Assembly: GCF_006345805.1 (NCBI RefSeq)
Contig: NC_043004.1
Coordinates: 86,490,001-86,554,000 of the forward strand
Reading direction: 5' to 3'
Length of the DNA stretch: 64,000 nt
From: Octopus sinensis
Lineage: Eukaryota
Shown: positions 39,396 through 52,894 of the stretch, piece after piece
Position numbering within the stretch: the stretch's first letter is position 1
Layout: each line of letters begins with the position of its first letter
Notes under the pieces: model-generated
Database searches by the model: none
What the model was told of the DNA's origin: nothing
What the model saw: only the letters and a program-made list of their open reading frames with translations
Position numbers and translations under genes: made by a program

Positions 39396-40391
39396 ATACC
39401 AACTAGGATGACGCTATCATCTTCGAAGGTATCTGACACGGATGGAACCGATCCGCCTTACCCAGTAGTTGTGTTCTAGAAATTTTTTGTTTCCAAAATT
39501 CACTGACCATGATACCGCCCCCCCCCCCCAGTTGTAAAGAGGTTATGTACCTCCGGCCATTTGAGTCTGGCGAGTCGCCTATGCAGTAGAGAGTCTTATA
39601 GGTGCGAAGCCAATGATCACTCTGACCAGCTATAACAAGCAATCAGCTAAATATGTGTCTTTGTGTTTATGTTTGCTCCCCATCTCCGCTTGAAAAGCGG
39701 TCTTGGGATTTACGTTCCCGTCTTAAATTGAGAGCGATAAAATAAATACCATCATTTACATAACAAGCCCTGATGTTCGGTTGTTCTATGTGGTGCCCCT
39801 GTATGGCTGCAGTCTAATGACTGAAGCAAGTAAAAATTGGAAGATACACACATATACAAATCATCATGTGCAAGTTGAACAACGCGAATCAAAATGGTGA
39901 CGTCCATATTTATTCCTAATATATCCCAGCAGATTTGAACATATGCACATTGCTGTTGTATTTCGTCAGTGGGGAACAACTTCTTTCAGACGAGTGTGTT
40001 TTCATAACACGCTTGATTAATTAGCGTAAGAGGACTTTGGGACACTTGATGTTTTGACACCGTTGTGTCTCAGCCAAAGCTGATTACTAACAAATAATGA
40101 AACTCGTGAAAATTCCACATTCTTGATTTAAGTTTGATGCATATATTTATAGATATTCATAACCTTATGTTAGAGTTCGGTTGTCTTCGATTTCGTGCTA
40201 TAGTTTTAAGTTTCTTAAAAACGTAACACTCATATCTTGACAAACAGAATAATGCAAATATTTACATTTTCATTTAATCAACGATAAAATAAACGCATCC
40301 GGCTTCTAAATATTAATTGTAGAATATAATGCTATTAATATTTAAAACGGTACAAGGACTTTATGAGGACTAGAAATGCATATATATATAT

Positions 40392-41835
40392 AATTCTGAA
40401 ACGACTTCAGAAGCTAGCAGAAAGAGTGCTACCAGAGAGCCAGTGCGGTTTTAGATCTAACCGCTCAACAATGGATATGATCGTCTCCATTCGTCAACTG
40501 CAAGAAAAATGCCGGGAGCAGCAATTACCACTATAAAGAGCATTTGTCGATCTGACAAAGGCATTTGATACAGTCAGTAGATCAGGACTGCACATGGTGC
40601 TTGGAAAATGTGGCTGTCCCCCAATACTACTGCAGCTCATTGTTTCGTTCCATGATGACATGAAGGCCACCATTCAGTTTGATAGTTTAATATCAGATAG
40701 CTTCAACATCAACAGCGGAATAAAACAAGGTAATGTCCTAGCACCAATCTTTTTCAGCATTTACTTTGCTGTATTGCTGCAGTATGCATTTCAAGAGTTT
40801 CCGGGAGATGTCTGCCTTTGTTGGAGAACTGATGGGTCACACTTTGATCTTTCTAAACTTTGGCCCAATACTAAGATCAATAGAGCAACAATAAGAGACT
40901 TTCTCTTCGCCGACGATGCGGCACTTGTTGCTCACAGTGAATTAACTCTACAAATAATGATGGACCACCTATCATCAGCATGCAAAGCCTTCGGTTTGGT
41001 CATCAGTATAAAGAAGACAGTCATCCTCACTCAGGAGGGCGCAGTGAAAGGCCATATCAAGCTTGAGACAGTGGACAGATTCTACTATCTAGGGTCTATC
41101 ATTTCCTCTACTACTTCACTTGGTGATGAGATTAATGTCAGGATAGGGAAGGCAGCAACAACTGACAAAATGAGTATGGAAGAACAAGAGATTAGACATC
41201 AAGAAAAAGATCAGGATTTATGAAGCATGTGTTCTCAGCACACTTCTCTGTGGATCTGAAACATGAACCTTGTACAGCGGACAGGAAAAGTGCCTCGGTA
41301 TTTTCTGTCAGATACCTCCGCAAGATCTTAGGCCTAACATGGCGCGACAAGGTCACCAATGTTGAAGTGCTGGCGCAGGCGAATCTTCAATGCATGACAG
41401 TTATCTCGTGTACGAGAAGACTGAGGTGGCTGGGGCATGTCAGAATGGATGACCATCGAATCCTGAAGCAACTGTTTTATGGAGAACTGGCCCAGAGGAA
41501 GATCAAAACTGAGGTATAAGGACACTTGCAAAACTAGTTTGTCCAAGTGTGAGTTGGATGTCAGCACCTGGGAAGAGCAGGCTGAGGACAGAACAACATG
41601 GAAGACTGTGGTCAAGGAAGGAACTGCTAGAGAGCAGCTACAGAAACAAACAAGTTGAGAAGCGGCGAAAGGAAAACAACAGAAATGCAGAGCGCCGAGC
41701 CACCCTCTTGGTATGCAAGTACTGTGGCAGGAGCTGTGCTTCAATCATAGCAAGAAGCTGCAAGAGAGGGAGCCCCTGATATTTTCGGTTAAGTGACCTC
41801 TAAGCTAAATTGACCGTCTGCATAGACGAAAAGGG
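40392..41835 (+). mobile_element. 5'-truncated, frameshifted RTE-clade LINE (reverse transcriptase remnant)
   Basis: LAERVLPESQCGFR...FVDLTKAFDTVSR...GIKQGNVLAP...LFADDAALVAH...RRLRWLGHVRM, with frameshifts after about 41160. Confidence 0.92.
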
Positions 41836-42119
41836 CAAATTAAAATAATTACTTATATATATTTTCATTACGTTCTTGCGTCCAGGCATGGCCAAATGGT
41901 TGAGAAATTCCTTTCACCAGCATAAGGTCCCAGGATCGATCACACAACGTGGTATCAATTAAGAAAGGATTATCTATCCTGAAATTGCATTAGAGCTAAT
42001 TAGAATTAAAGTGCTTTTTCCTCGGTATTAACGGCCAGTAGCTCACAGTTCATAAACAGGACGTTTCTTTTATAGCAACCACACGATAGCTCACTATTCC
42101 TATGGATGAACACTGTAGA

Positions 42120-43020
42120 CTGTGTGATATAAGTAGTTTCTTGTGAAAGTAGGGTTAGTATTCACGAGCTCCAGGTGAATAAGGAGGGATCTCGCTTATG
42201 AGGTTTTATTTATTGTTGAGAAAATCGTTTTCTTGGTCCTGGAGCCTCTAGATGAAATAGAAGAAAGAAGGTGGAGTTTTCTCTATCCATGCATGTGTTG
42301 TGTAAGCTTTCCATTATACTCATTGGTTGTTAATCCTGTATAATTTCTCAGGAGGCCATCGGATGCTGTGAAGGCGGTTTAGATGGTGCAGGTCGTTATG
42401 AGCCACCTAATATGACTCTCAGAAGGCTGTAATTTCGCTGGTAGTAACCCGGATGAAAAACATACAAGCGAGGTTGCAACTTAAATATGTTTATTGTGGC
42501 CACACGTATATACACAATGGAATGATAAATAGAATGGTTGGGGTGTAAAGCCATGATCTTCAGAGCTGTGCTCCTATCTGCTAGCTGATGGTTGTTGAGA
42601 GAGACTAGACTACATCTTTACAGTTCGATGTTCCAGTGCAGAAAGAGGAAGAGATAAGGTCACTTGTCTCAACCTTAATGTTGTGTAACGTCCTCTATCT
42701 CAGTATAGCCAGCTTGTTTACCCGCCGTCAAGGGGGTAATGCGCCTACAGTGGTTATAGAGATATTTTTAGCCGACCTCTTCTACGATGACTATTAATTT
42801 CATTCGTGGAAAGAATCTGGCCCCAATGGATTGCATACAAAAGGGATTACGAAATATGTGATCAAACTTATAGTGTGCTTTTTCAACAAAATTAGTGGTA
42901 GGAGATTATTGGTGTAGACAAGTAGGCGGCAAAAATCATGATAGAAAATGAAAAATTAACCCCGAGGCTCATGACACTTGAAATACCAGATCTTAGACAT
43001 TTTTATGAGCGAATCTACTA
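42120..43020 (-). mobile_element. Highly decayed Penelope-like fragment
   Basis: Scattered motifs on the minus strand (PLGP; HWNIEL*R...LNN; YTGLTT...LTQH...NPT) with many stops. Confidence 0.35.
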
Positions 43021-44134
43021 CGTGATAAATGATAACTATTAATCTGCTTCAAAATAGCAACTAATAAAGCTAAAATAATTGTTGAGATAAACGATCGGTT
43101 TGTTAATTAACATGGAAAATAAAACAATTAAAATAATACTAGTTAGTGTCGGGGTTTTTTTAATGCTTCTTGTATTAAAATATGATAACTAGAAATAATA
43201 TATGCACGAGAAAATCATATTGGTAAAATTTTAATAGTTTTTTTTTACTTTCAATCAAGTACAGGGGAGACAACTCTAGATGTGAACGGGTCTTATTCTG
43301 ACTTCATCAGTGAAGCATAATTTCCTTCATACTTACCAAAATAGTGATGTAAGAATCAATAAGTATATTTATAAAATTGTACATTCGTTGGTGAGGAGAA
43401 ATAGAAAATTCTTTAGGCATTAAATCCTTCGAAGTTCTATCTGCAAGGAATTAAAAGTGTCCTGTCTATCACATGTGATACGCAGGACATATTTCCCTGG
43501 TGCATCATCTATGAGACACATTGTACCACCCCACTTTTTTTTTTTTTTCCTAACCAGAGTGAATTAGGATTTATGAAACGAAAGCCTTATATTATTCAGA
43601 ACACATTACACAAAGGCTAGCTAAAAGTCTGAAAACAAGTATGGACGTTTAGGACAAAATTATGAAAATGCTTTGTGAAGGCAAAAGATTAAAAAGAAAA
43701 ATGGGAAAAGAAAATATGCGGCGATGATAAAACGTTAATATTGCGTGTAAACGTATATGTCTTTTCTCAGCTCACAAGTGAAACATCAACATCTAGGACT
43801 GTGAAACTTAGAGGATTTATTCTGTTTACTTATAGTTACAGTAACGAGTTTGAAACATGAGACAATATTCTCCGTGTCTTTATGAAACTTCTAGTTAAAT
43901 ATTGAAAAGTAGGAGGGGAAAATAACCTTTAGCTGTTTATTACTCACCAACAACACGTACACAGTGTTTATGGAGAAGTATTAGATTTAGTCGCAGTTAT
44001 GCTATTTATCTCTTGGTTTCTTTTCTGAAATATTCTCTTAAGATGGTAGCTATTATTTGGGAGCGTATTTATTTATTTAATAATGCGAATGAATAATATT
44101 ATAACTTGGGCAATCTTTCGTCTCTAGTAGACCT

Positions 44135-44505
44135 TTCCGTCGATTTCCGTAAAAACTTTTTTTTTTTTACATATGGGCTTGCGGGAACTTTTGAAGTAAT
44201 GAGAGCGAAAGAGACTAAGAGAAAGCGATTGTATGACGAGGAAAGTTCTTTTGAAGTTACCGTGCATGTGAAGCATTGATGTACATGTGTGTGTGTGTGT
44301 GTGTTTGATGGGGTGTGGGAGACAGACAGTATGTTGTGTAAGTGAAGTGCTTCTGTTAGTGTGTGTGAAGAGACAGAGTAATGTGTGAAAGAAAGAGATA
44401 ACTGAATTTTTTTACTCGGTGTATGTGTATATGTATGTATATTACTTCAAAAGTTCCCGCAAGCCCATATGTAAAAAAAAAATTTTTTTTACGGAAATCG
44501 ACGAA
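44135..44505. mobile_element. Foldback MITE with ~65-bp TIRs
   Basis: ttccgtcgatttccgtaaaa...acatatgggcttgcgggaacttttgaagtaat is inverted at about 44441-44505. Confidence 0.7.
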
Positions 44506-44669
44506 ATAACTTGTTATCCAGCAGATTCTTTTTCATTTCACTCCCGAGTTTATTAAGTATAGATTATAAAATGTTTTCCCGTAAATGTGATTGCTTGCAT
44601 ATTATATAAAACATATGTACAGTTTTCATGTTACATTAAATATATGTAAATTTACGTATTAGTTACATA

Positions 44670-44858
44670 GTCTGGGGAGAGTCATTCTCTTTGGTGCCTT
44701 ATTATTTAACACTCACCGGTAAAATTTCCACTTGACTATTGAAAAGGTTGCATGACGCAACGAAAATTTTAGGAAAATAAAAAGACGAAATAAGTGGAAA
44801 TTTTACCGGTGAGTGTGTTAAATAATAAGGCACTAAAAGAGAATAACTCTCCCCAGAC
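44670..44858. mobile_element. Foldback MITE with ~65-bp TIRs
   Basis: gtctggggagag...caccggtaaaatttccactt versus aagtggaaattttaccggtg...ctctccccagac. Confidence 0.7.
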
Positions 44859-46589
44859 ACAACAGAATATGCTTCAACACACGAACTCATATAAAGAATC
44901 TTGCAAACCAAATCCAAAAACGAAATATTAGTTACATAGTGTTTATTTGAAATTACGGGATGTCTCTGTTGTCACTTCCGGTTTCTACCTGAAAGAACCA
45001 CTACATTATATCTATGATGGGGAACCTTTTCACATTCAGGGGCTAAAGAGAAAAAAAGGATAAGAATCTGCAGACCACTTTCATATTGGAAAGAAATAAT
45101 GAATCTTCAAATTTAGAAATCCACAGTATCACCTAATTATATAAGGCAGCATTAATTAAAATGTTATAATGCATTAATTAAGTAGATAACTATAAAGATT
45201 TCAAATTTTGGATCAAGATCAGCAATTTTAGTTAGAGAGGTTAGTTGATTATATGAATCCCGGTGTACAATTCATACTCATTTTATTGACTTGAAAGAAT
45301 GAAAGACAAAATTGGTCACAGTAGAATATGAATTCAGAACATAATGATACAGAAGAAATGCTGCTAAGTGTTTTGCTCAATGTACTAATAATTTTGTCAG
45401 CTCACCCTCTTAGATAATTATAATACTTTATTCTATAATGCATTAAGTATTCAGATTTTAAATACAAAATACCAAAGGTTTTACAAGGTATCATGTTGAA
45501 ATTTTAATGAAAACGTTTAGTGCTCCATGCAATATTTATGTGGTGTGATGGAAGAAAAGGACAACAGAAAAAGAAGTAAACGGGAGAAAGAAATACAAAA
45601 GGCCTTACCTGTTGACCTCAGCAGAATCAGTGGTCACTCTCACGACTTAAACACGTCTTGCCTCTCTGCCGTCTCTGCTTGAACTCCCTACACGTGCTTC
45701 CTGACCACGCATGCTTCCTGCCCATGCATGCCCCTTTCACTCTTCCACTGGCACCTGCAGTCTTCACTTCCCTTTTGCCTCATCTACCATCCTCTCCACC
45801 AACACCACATAGCTCATCACAGCCCATAACACTGCTAACACCACAATTTACTTATTTATTTATATTTAAAGTCTGAAGAGTCATGATTTGTCTTTATACT
45901 TCTCAACAACTCAAGGAGGCTCAATTTATTGGATTCCATATGAGAAGAAACGCCTTGAGCATATGGCGACAACAGAGAAACAGAAAGGACATAAACAGGG
46001 AGTGAGGGAGGATACTTGGAGGACTTTACCAGTGTCCTCCAGAAATAGATGGTATGGAGTTCCATGATTGCCATACATCTGTAGGTTTGCATGGCACATG
46101 AACAAAGAGAACAATTTAAACAGTTTGTAAAATTAAATTTATTTGATTTTATTTAGTGTACTTCCAGATTATGTCATCTAATGTGTTCTTATTTCTTTAA
46201 AAAAAAGTGAAAAAAAAATATTATTTGTGAAATTTTCTTAAAATTTGGAAGCTGAAAGATAATGGATTATATAGAGTAAAAATGTTTCATCTAAAATATT
46301 GATTTCAAATTTTGGTACAAGGCCAGCAATTTCAGGGGAGTGGATAAATCAATTACATTGACTCCCAGTGCTCAACTGGTACTTATTTTATCGACCCTAC
46401 AAAGTTGAAAGGCAAAGTCAACCCCAGCCACATCTAAAATATTAATATCATAAATATAGTCTGTGAACATGACATCAGCTGAATTCTTGTTAGGTCAAAA
46501 CACAGTCCAAAGTATTATAGAAGCAAAAGATGCTTATAAATGAAACAGGTGAGTTTTAAACCATTATGAAATATTTTGGATGGGGTATA

Positions 46590-47282
46590 GTAAATGAAAT
46601 ATTGTTTCTGGTTTAGATGCAAGGTTAGCAAATTTGAGAGAGGGGTTTAGACAATTACATTATTCCTTGTTCCTGAATTTATCAATTTTGAAGAGATGAA
46701 AGGTAAAGTTGACCTTGTCAGGATTTGAACTCAGAACATAAGGTGCTGGAAGAAATACCACAAGGACGTTTTTTTTTCCACCCAACACTAATGATTCTTA
46801 TTTCTTTACTGCCCACAAAGGGCTACACACAGAGGGGACAAACAAAAACAGACAAAGGGATTAAGTTGATTACATTGACCCCCAGTGAAACACTGGTACT
46901 TAATTTATCGACCCTGAAAGGATGAAAGGCAAAGTCAACCTCGGTGGAATTTGAACTCAAGAACGTATTAGCAGACAAAATACTGCTAAGCATTTCACCC
47001 GGCGTGCTAACGATTCCTCCAACACTAATGATTCTGCAGGTCACTGCCTAACAATAATGAAATACTGGTTTCAAATTTTGGCACAAGGCCAGAAATTTCG
47101 GGGGAGGGGTTAAGTCAATTACATCGATCCCTGTACTCAACTGGTACTTATTTTATTGACCCCAAAAGAATGAAAGGCAAAGTCAACCTCGGCAAAATTT
47201 GAACTCAGAATGTAAAGACGGATGAAATGCTCCTAAGCATTTTTCCCTGCATGCTAACAATTCTACCAGTTTACCACTTTAC
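46590..47282 (-). mobile_element. SINE family B multimer/cluster
   Basis: Three cores in the same orientation. Confidence 0.8.
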
Positions 47283-47285
47283 AAT

Positions 47286-47575
47286 GTGGAGGCGCAATTG
47301 GCCAGTGGTTAGGGCAACAGACTCGCGGTCGGAGGATTGCAGTTTCGATTTTCAGACCGGGTGTTGTGTGTTTATTGAGTGAAAACACCTAAAGCTCCAC
47401 GAGGCTCCGGCAGGGGAGGGGTGACCCCTGTTGTACTCTTTCGCCACATCTTTCTCTCACTCTCTCTTCCTGTTTCTTGAGTAATGCTGCGATGGACTGG
47501 CATCCTGTCCAGCTGGGGGGAACACATACACCACAGAAACTGGGCCCATGAACCTGACTAGGCTTGAAAAGAGTA
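47286..47575 (+). mobile_element. SINE family C
   Basis: gtggaggcgcaattggccagtggttaggg...tttcgattttcagaccgg. Confidence 0.8.
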
Positions 47576-48199
47576 ACAAACCACTTTAAAATGTGCTAAT
47601 GCAGTGTTTGTAATGTAGCAGGGGACAATCTCTCCCACACTAAGAGACACTGAGGATTGGAAAAGAGTGGTCAAATTACTTTATTTAATAATGTACATAC
47701 ATGTTATCAGTTGGCTGAGAATACATACCACTGACAATGCCATATGAGGAAGACATACACATCTAACATTCTCAGCTACTACTAGGACAATCTATGTCCA
47801 CCTCTGATATATATTGTGTTTTTAAACACTGTACGTCCATTATAGATATTATCTCCTGGATTTGCTTTTCACTGTGTATTTACATTAAGTATGATACATA
47901 CATATCTATTTTTATCCAATAGTGATTCTGTTGCATATAACAGGTTTTTATTCAGGCAGGAGAATATTTGCAACATCAGTGACTGTTTATTCACAGTTTT
48001 CCTGTATTTGTGGCAATAGATTTCATCTAAGCATGCAGTTGGCTTGAAGTACAAGCAGAAATGCCCATTTAGCATCTCACCAGTCACTGCTAGGATGATT
48101 TCTATCCCTTTCCTATATACATTCTTTTGAAATACACTTACTCCATAAAGGATAGCTCTGGATGACTACCAATGTACATTTGTTTTTCTTGATTTATTG

Positions 48200-48365
48200 A
48201 CATTCAGTATATATACATATGTATACATACATACATACATATATATTTATATATATGTGTGTGTATACACACATATTTTCATCTTTTACTTGTCTCAGTT
48301 ATCAGCCTGCGGCCATGCTAGAGTATATATATATATATGTGTGTGTGTGTGTATATATATGTATA

Positions 48366-48424
<59 letters not shown>

Positions 48425-48426
48425 AT

Positions 48427-48474
<48 letters not shown>

Positions 48475-48645
48475 GTAGGTAGGTAGGTAGATATGTGTAC
48501 ACACACATGTATATATATATATATATAGATATATAGATAGATAGATAGGTAGGTATGTAGGTAGGTAGGTAGATATGTGTACACACACATGTATATATAT
48601 ATATAGAGGTGTGTGGGTGTGTGTGTGTGTACGTGCATGTGTGTG
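48200..48645. repeat. Compound (TA)/(TAGA)/(TAGG)/(TG) microsatellite
   Basis: Directly visible. Confidence 0.95.
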
Positions 48646-48690
48646 TAATGGACAGTTATTCAAGTAGCAAATGTGTTAGGAATTCATTCA

Positions 48691-49155
48691 TTATCGAAAT
48701 GGTTTTGGATGATTTACAATTTTCTTGTGCTCTGCTAGATGATTAGTCTTGTTGAGTATCAGCGACTCGTTGGATGAATCAACGCTGAGCTTCTTCCTAA
48801 CCTGATACTGTATACTTTTCTTCAGTGCTATGTCTTCTTGTTGTGAATTCAACAAACGAGAGTGAAAGTGACTTGGTCGCACAAATATATCGGGACTGCC
48901 CAATGAATATCTACCAATCTCTGAAGAGAATGTTTGAATTCCACGAACCATTTGAGGGATGGTATTTGTCTTAATTGGTTTCAAGATTTCAAGGAGTTTC
49001 TGATCTGCCAAAATTTTCTCTTTGGTTTTAATTGCAGTATTATTTCGATTAGAACTCAGGAAGTTTGATTTAATCATGCTTTTCTTCCTTACAGAATATT
49101 TGGTGCTATTCGAATGCAAGTTTGGTAATTCTTTTGCCAAATGGTTTTGTTCGCC
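48691..49155 (-). CDS. NSUN7: NSUN7-like terminal coding exon (GEQNHLAKELP...LKPIK...HPKPFR*)
   Basis: Acceptor ttttacag at 49156, phase 0, compatible with the 52292 donor. Open frame of 465 nt in non-repetitive DNA, ending in TAA. LKPIK resembles the recalled human NSUN7 tail. Confidence 0.75.
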   Translation of the reverse strand, partial: GEQNHLAKELPNLHSNSTKYSVRKKSMIKSNFLSSNRNNTAIKTKEKILADQKLLEILKPIKTNTIPQMVRGIQTFSSEIGRYSLGSPDIFVRPSHFHSRLLNSQQEDIALKKSIQYQVRKKLSVDSSNESLILNKTNHLAEHKKIVNHPKPFR

Positions 49156-49304
49156 CTGTAAAACAATTATTTAAATATTGATATTATTTTTATAAAATGC
49201 ATACAACCATTCGTACATACATGCATGCATATCATAGCTTTCATTTATAAGTGAATATATGTACTATGCCTTCACTAATTACTCTAGGTGCCTTTGTATA
49301 TACC

Positions 49305-49516
49305 CTTTTACTCGTTTCAGTCATTTGACTGTGGCCATGCTGGAGCACCACCTTTTAGTTAAGCAAATCGACCCCAGGACTTATTCTTGGAAGCCTGGTA
49401 CTTATTCTATCGGTCTCTTTTGCCGAACTACTAAGTTACGGGTACATAAACACACCACCATCAGTTGTCAAGCGATGCTGGGGGACAAACAAAGACACAC
49501 AAACATATACACACAC

Positions 49517-49575
<59 letters not shown>

Positions 49576-49745
49576 CATATATACAACAGGCTTCTTTCCG
49601 TTTCCATCTACCAAATCCACTCATAAGGGTTTGGTCGGCCCGAGGCTATAGTAGAAGACACTTGCTCAGGGTGCCACACAGTGGGAATGAACCTAGAACT
49701 ATGTGGTTGGTAAGCAATCTACTTACCACATAGCCACCCCTGTGC
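49305..49745 (-). mobile_element. SINE family A
   Basis: Reverse complement of the consensus. Confidence 0.88.
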
Positions 49746-49753
49746 CCAATATT

Positions 49754-49806
<53 letters not shown>

Positions 49807-49834
49807 AGAGTGAGAGACAGACAGTCAGATAGGT

Positions 49835-50228
49835 GCAAGCATGGCTGTGTGGTAAGAAGTTTGCGTCTCAACCACATGATTCAGAGTTCAGTTTCATTGC
49901 ATGGTACCTTGGGCAAGTGTCTTATACTATAACCTCGAGATGACTAAAGCCTTGTGAGGGGATTTGGTCGACAGAAACTGAAGGAAGCCCATCACACACA
50001 TACGTGTGTATGTGTATATCTGTGTATCTGTGTTTTGCCCCCGCCATCACTTAACTACTGGTGTTGGGGAATTTATATTTCTGTAACTTAGTGGTTTAGC
50101 AAAAGAGACTGACAGAATAAGTACTAGGCTTAAAAAAAATAAGCACTAGGATCAATTTTTTCCACTAAAATTCTTCAAGGTGGTTCTCCAGTATAGCCAC
50201 AGTCTAATGACTGAAACAAGTAAAAGAT
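49835..50228 (+). mobile_element. SINE family A (diverged)
   Basis: Consensus match; head-to-head with the 49305 copy. Confidence 0.8.
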
Positions 50229-50293
50229 AGAAGATATAACCGCCTGACCCTCCTACTTCTTCACCCAACCAAAATCATGGACATAGTTAATTA

Positions 50294-50958
50294 AGGTGGC
50301 GAGCTGGCAGAATCGTTAGCATGCCGGGCAAAATGCTTAGCGGTATTTCGTCTGTCGCTACATTCTGAGTTCAAATTCCCCTGAGGTTGACTTTGTCTTT
50401 CATCCTTTCAGGGTCGATTAAATAAGTACCAGTTACGCACCGGGGTCGATGTAATCGACTTAATCCCTTTGTCTGTCCTTGTTTGTCCCCTCTGTGTGTA
50501 GCCCCATTTGGGCAGAAAGAAATAAGAAACATTAGCACACCGGGCGGAATGTTTAGTGGTATTTCGTCTGTCGCTACGTTCTGAGTTCAAATTCCGCCGA
50601 GGTTGACTTTGTCTTTCATCTTTTCAGGGTCGATTAAATAAGTACCAGTTAGGCACTGGGGTCAATGTAATCAACTTAATTCGTTTGTCTGTCTTGTTTG
50701 TCCCCTCTGTGTGTAGCCCCATTTGGGCAGAAAGAAATAAGAAACATTAGCACACCGGGCGGAATGTTTAGTGGTATTTCGTCTGTCGCTACGTTCTGAG
50801 TTCAAATTCCGCCGAGGTTGACTTTGTCTTTCATCTTTTCAGGGTCGATTAAATAAGTACCAGTTAGGCACTGGGGTCAATGTAATCAACTTAATTCGTT
50901 TGTCTGTCCTTGTTTGCCTCCTCTGTGTGTAGCCCCTTGTTGGCAGTAAAGAAATAAA
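50294..50958 (+). mobile_element. SINE family B head-to-tail trimer, 215-bp period
   Basis: cattagcacaccgggcggaatg at 50530 and 50745; units 2 and 3 are almost identical. Confidence 0.9.
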
Positions 50959-51514
50959 AACCATGGACATGGCGGCTGAAGAGAGAAAAGGCTGGTAGTC
51001 ACAGTCAGCTTAGTAGACTGGAGCAAGGTCAAATAAAGCGAGTGTCTTGCTCAAGGACATAATGTGCCACCTGGTTCAGTTTCTGTCTGCTCAGTTTTAT
51101 TCACAAGACTTGGGCCAACATGAAACTTCGGTTAAAGGCACGTACACAAGAGTCTTCTCTGAAGAAATGAAAGTTGTAACATATAAGAAGTAAATTTTTG
51201 TTCAGATGTTATCAGTTCAGGTTTTCTGCATCTGAACAAAAACTAACTCCCTTCTCCTTATAGCTTGTGAAATCATTAATGTAGCACCCTGCTGAGGTTG
51301 AGGTTAAATCAAATGCTCAGTGTTCCCCCCTTGAAGGGTATATACACTAAAATCAAAGCAAAGGAATTCATTAACATCTTTCCCTTCTCTCATATTATTT
51401 CTTTCTTTTTTCTTCTTCCTCTCCACACACATCCATCCTAGTACAAATCTAAATGCAAAGTAACATGCTACCTCTAGCATCCCTCACGTTTTATTTCTAT
51501 ATATCTATCTGTAG

Positions 51515-51912
51515 GCACAGGAGTGGCTGAGTGGTACGTAGATTGCTTACCAACCACATGGTCCTGGGTTCAGTCCCACTGTGTGGCACCTTGGGCAAGT
51601 ATCCTCTACTATAGCCTCGGGCCAACCAAAGCCTTGTGAGTGGATTTGGTAGACAGAAACTGAAAGAAGCCCGTCGTATATATGTGTGTGTGTGTGTGTA
51701 TGTTTGTGTACCTATGTTTGTCACCCCGACATCGCTTGACAACCGATGCTGGTGTGTTTATGTCCCCGTAACTTAGCAATTCGGCAAAAGAGACCGATAG
51801 AATAAGTACAGGCTTACAAAGAATAAGCTCTGAGGACAATATGTTTAACTATAAAGGTGGTGCTCCAGCATGGCCGCAGTCAAATGACTGAAACAAGTAA
51901 AAGAGTAAAGAG
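51515..51912 (+). mobile_element. SINE family A, full length
   Basis: Consensus match. Confidence 0.88.
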
Positions 51913-52291
51913 AGTGTATGATAAGTCAAAATATTCACAGGAATTGCTCATATACCTCACAGAACCTTCTGAATACTACAAATTGGTAAATATCCCTTAA
52001 CTAAACATTTGATACAACCAAAACGCTAATACAATTTTTGTCTCAAGAAACAAACTCATGTATTAATGATTCCCTTAAAAATCCATGGATATTGCAAATC
52101 ATATTTGTAATGTCCTATGGATAGTACATATTATACTGGAAGTACATATAATACTATTACTAGATAGAAGAGGATGAAATCTGAAGGCAAATGAGCACAC
52201 ACACACACACACACACACAAAACCATGTCTAATGAATTCTTAAGAGCATCATGACAAACAAATAAATAAATTATAAACTATATCCACTCAC

Positions 52292-52545
52292 CCCTCGAGC
52301 AATGATTGCTAAGAAGCAACCATTCATGGTAGCTGATGGTTTGAACTTGATGTATTTATCTTGAAGGCCAATCTTATTTTGAATGTCATCTCTGTTGAAT
52401 GGTAAAACAGGAGGAACCACTTTGTAAAGGGAATGACTGGAGTGGACAAATGAGTTGACGTATTCCACAGTCTTTGATACAGCCACTTCATTTTCTAGGT
52501 CATGGATAGATCTGGTCAAGTAGACCACACCTTTCACGTTAGGGA
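52292..52545 (-). CDS. NSUN7: NSUN7-like exon (FPNVKGVVYLTRSIHDLENE...PPVLP...KPSATMNGCFLAIIARG), motif VI region
   Basis: Matches recalled NSUN7 VVYCTCSVFPEENE...SPPVLP...EPSEITNGCFLSILTRE. Acceptor tatttcag (phase 1), donor GGG|GTGAGT (phase 0), 254 nt. Confidence 0.92.
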
Positions 52546-52894
52546 CTGAAATATACAAGAATTTCCAATAGGAACATATGGTGTGTATGTATGTGGGCAT
52601 ATGTATATATATATATAGATATATATACCATAAATCCTCGAGTATAATCTGCATTTTTCCCCCCAAATTTAAAGGTCAAAATCCCTAGTGCGTACTATAT
52701 ACGGGGTTAAAAATGAAAAATACATTCTAGGCAATGTCCAAGTCTCTATTTGCTGTCCGGCAATTTTTATTCAGACGCATTTTGTGATGTCAGGTGCGAA
52801 AACACCTTAAGTTAAGCCTGAAAGCAATGAAGTCATAAAAGAATCATCTGTAGGGTTATTGACTAACTAGCTATCATTGAAACCCACTGTCAAT

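Noticed and set aside
50294-50958. CRISPR-like array
   Set aside because: The units are whole SINE copies with no unique spacers, in a eukaryotic context.
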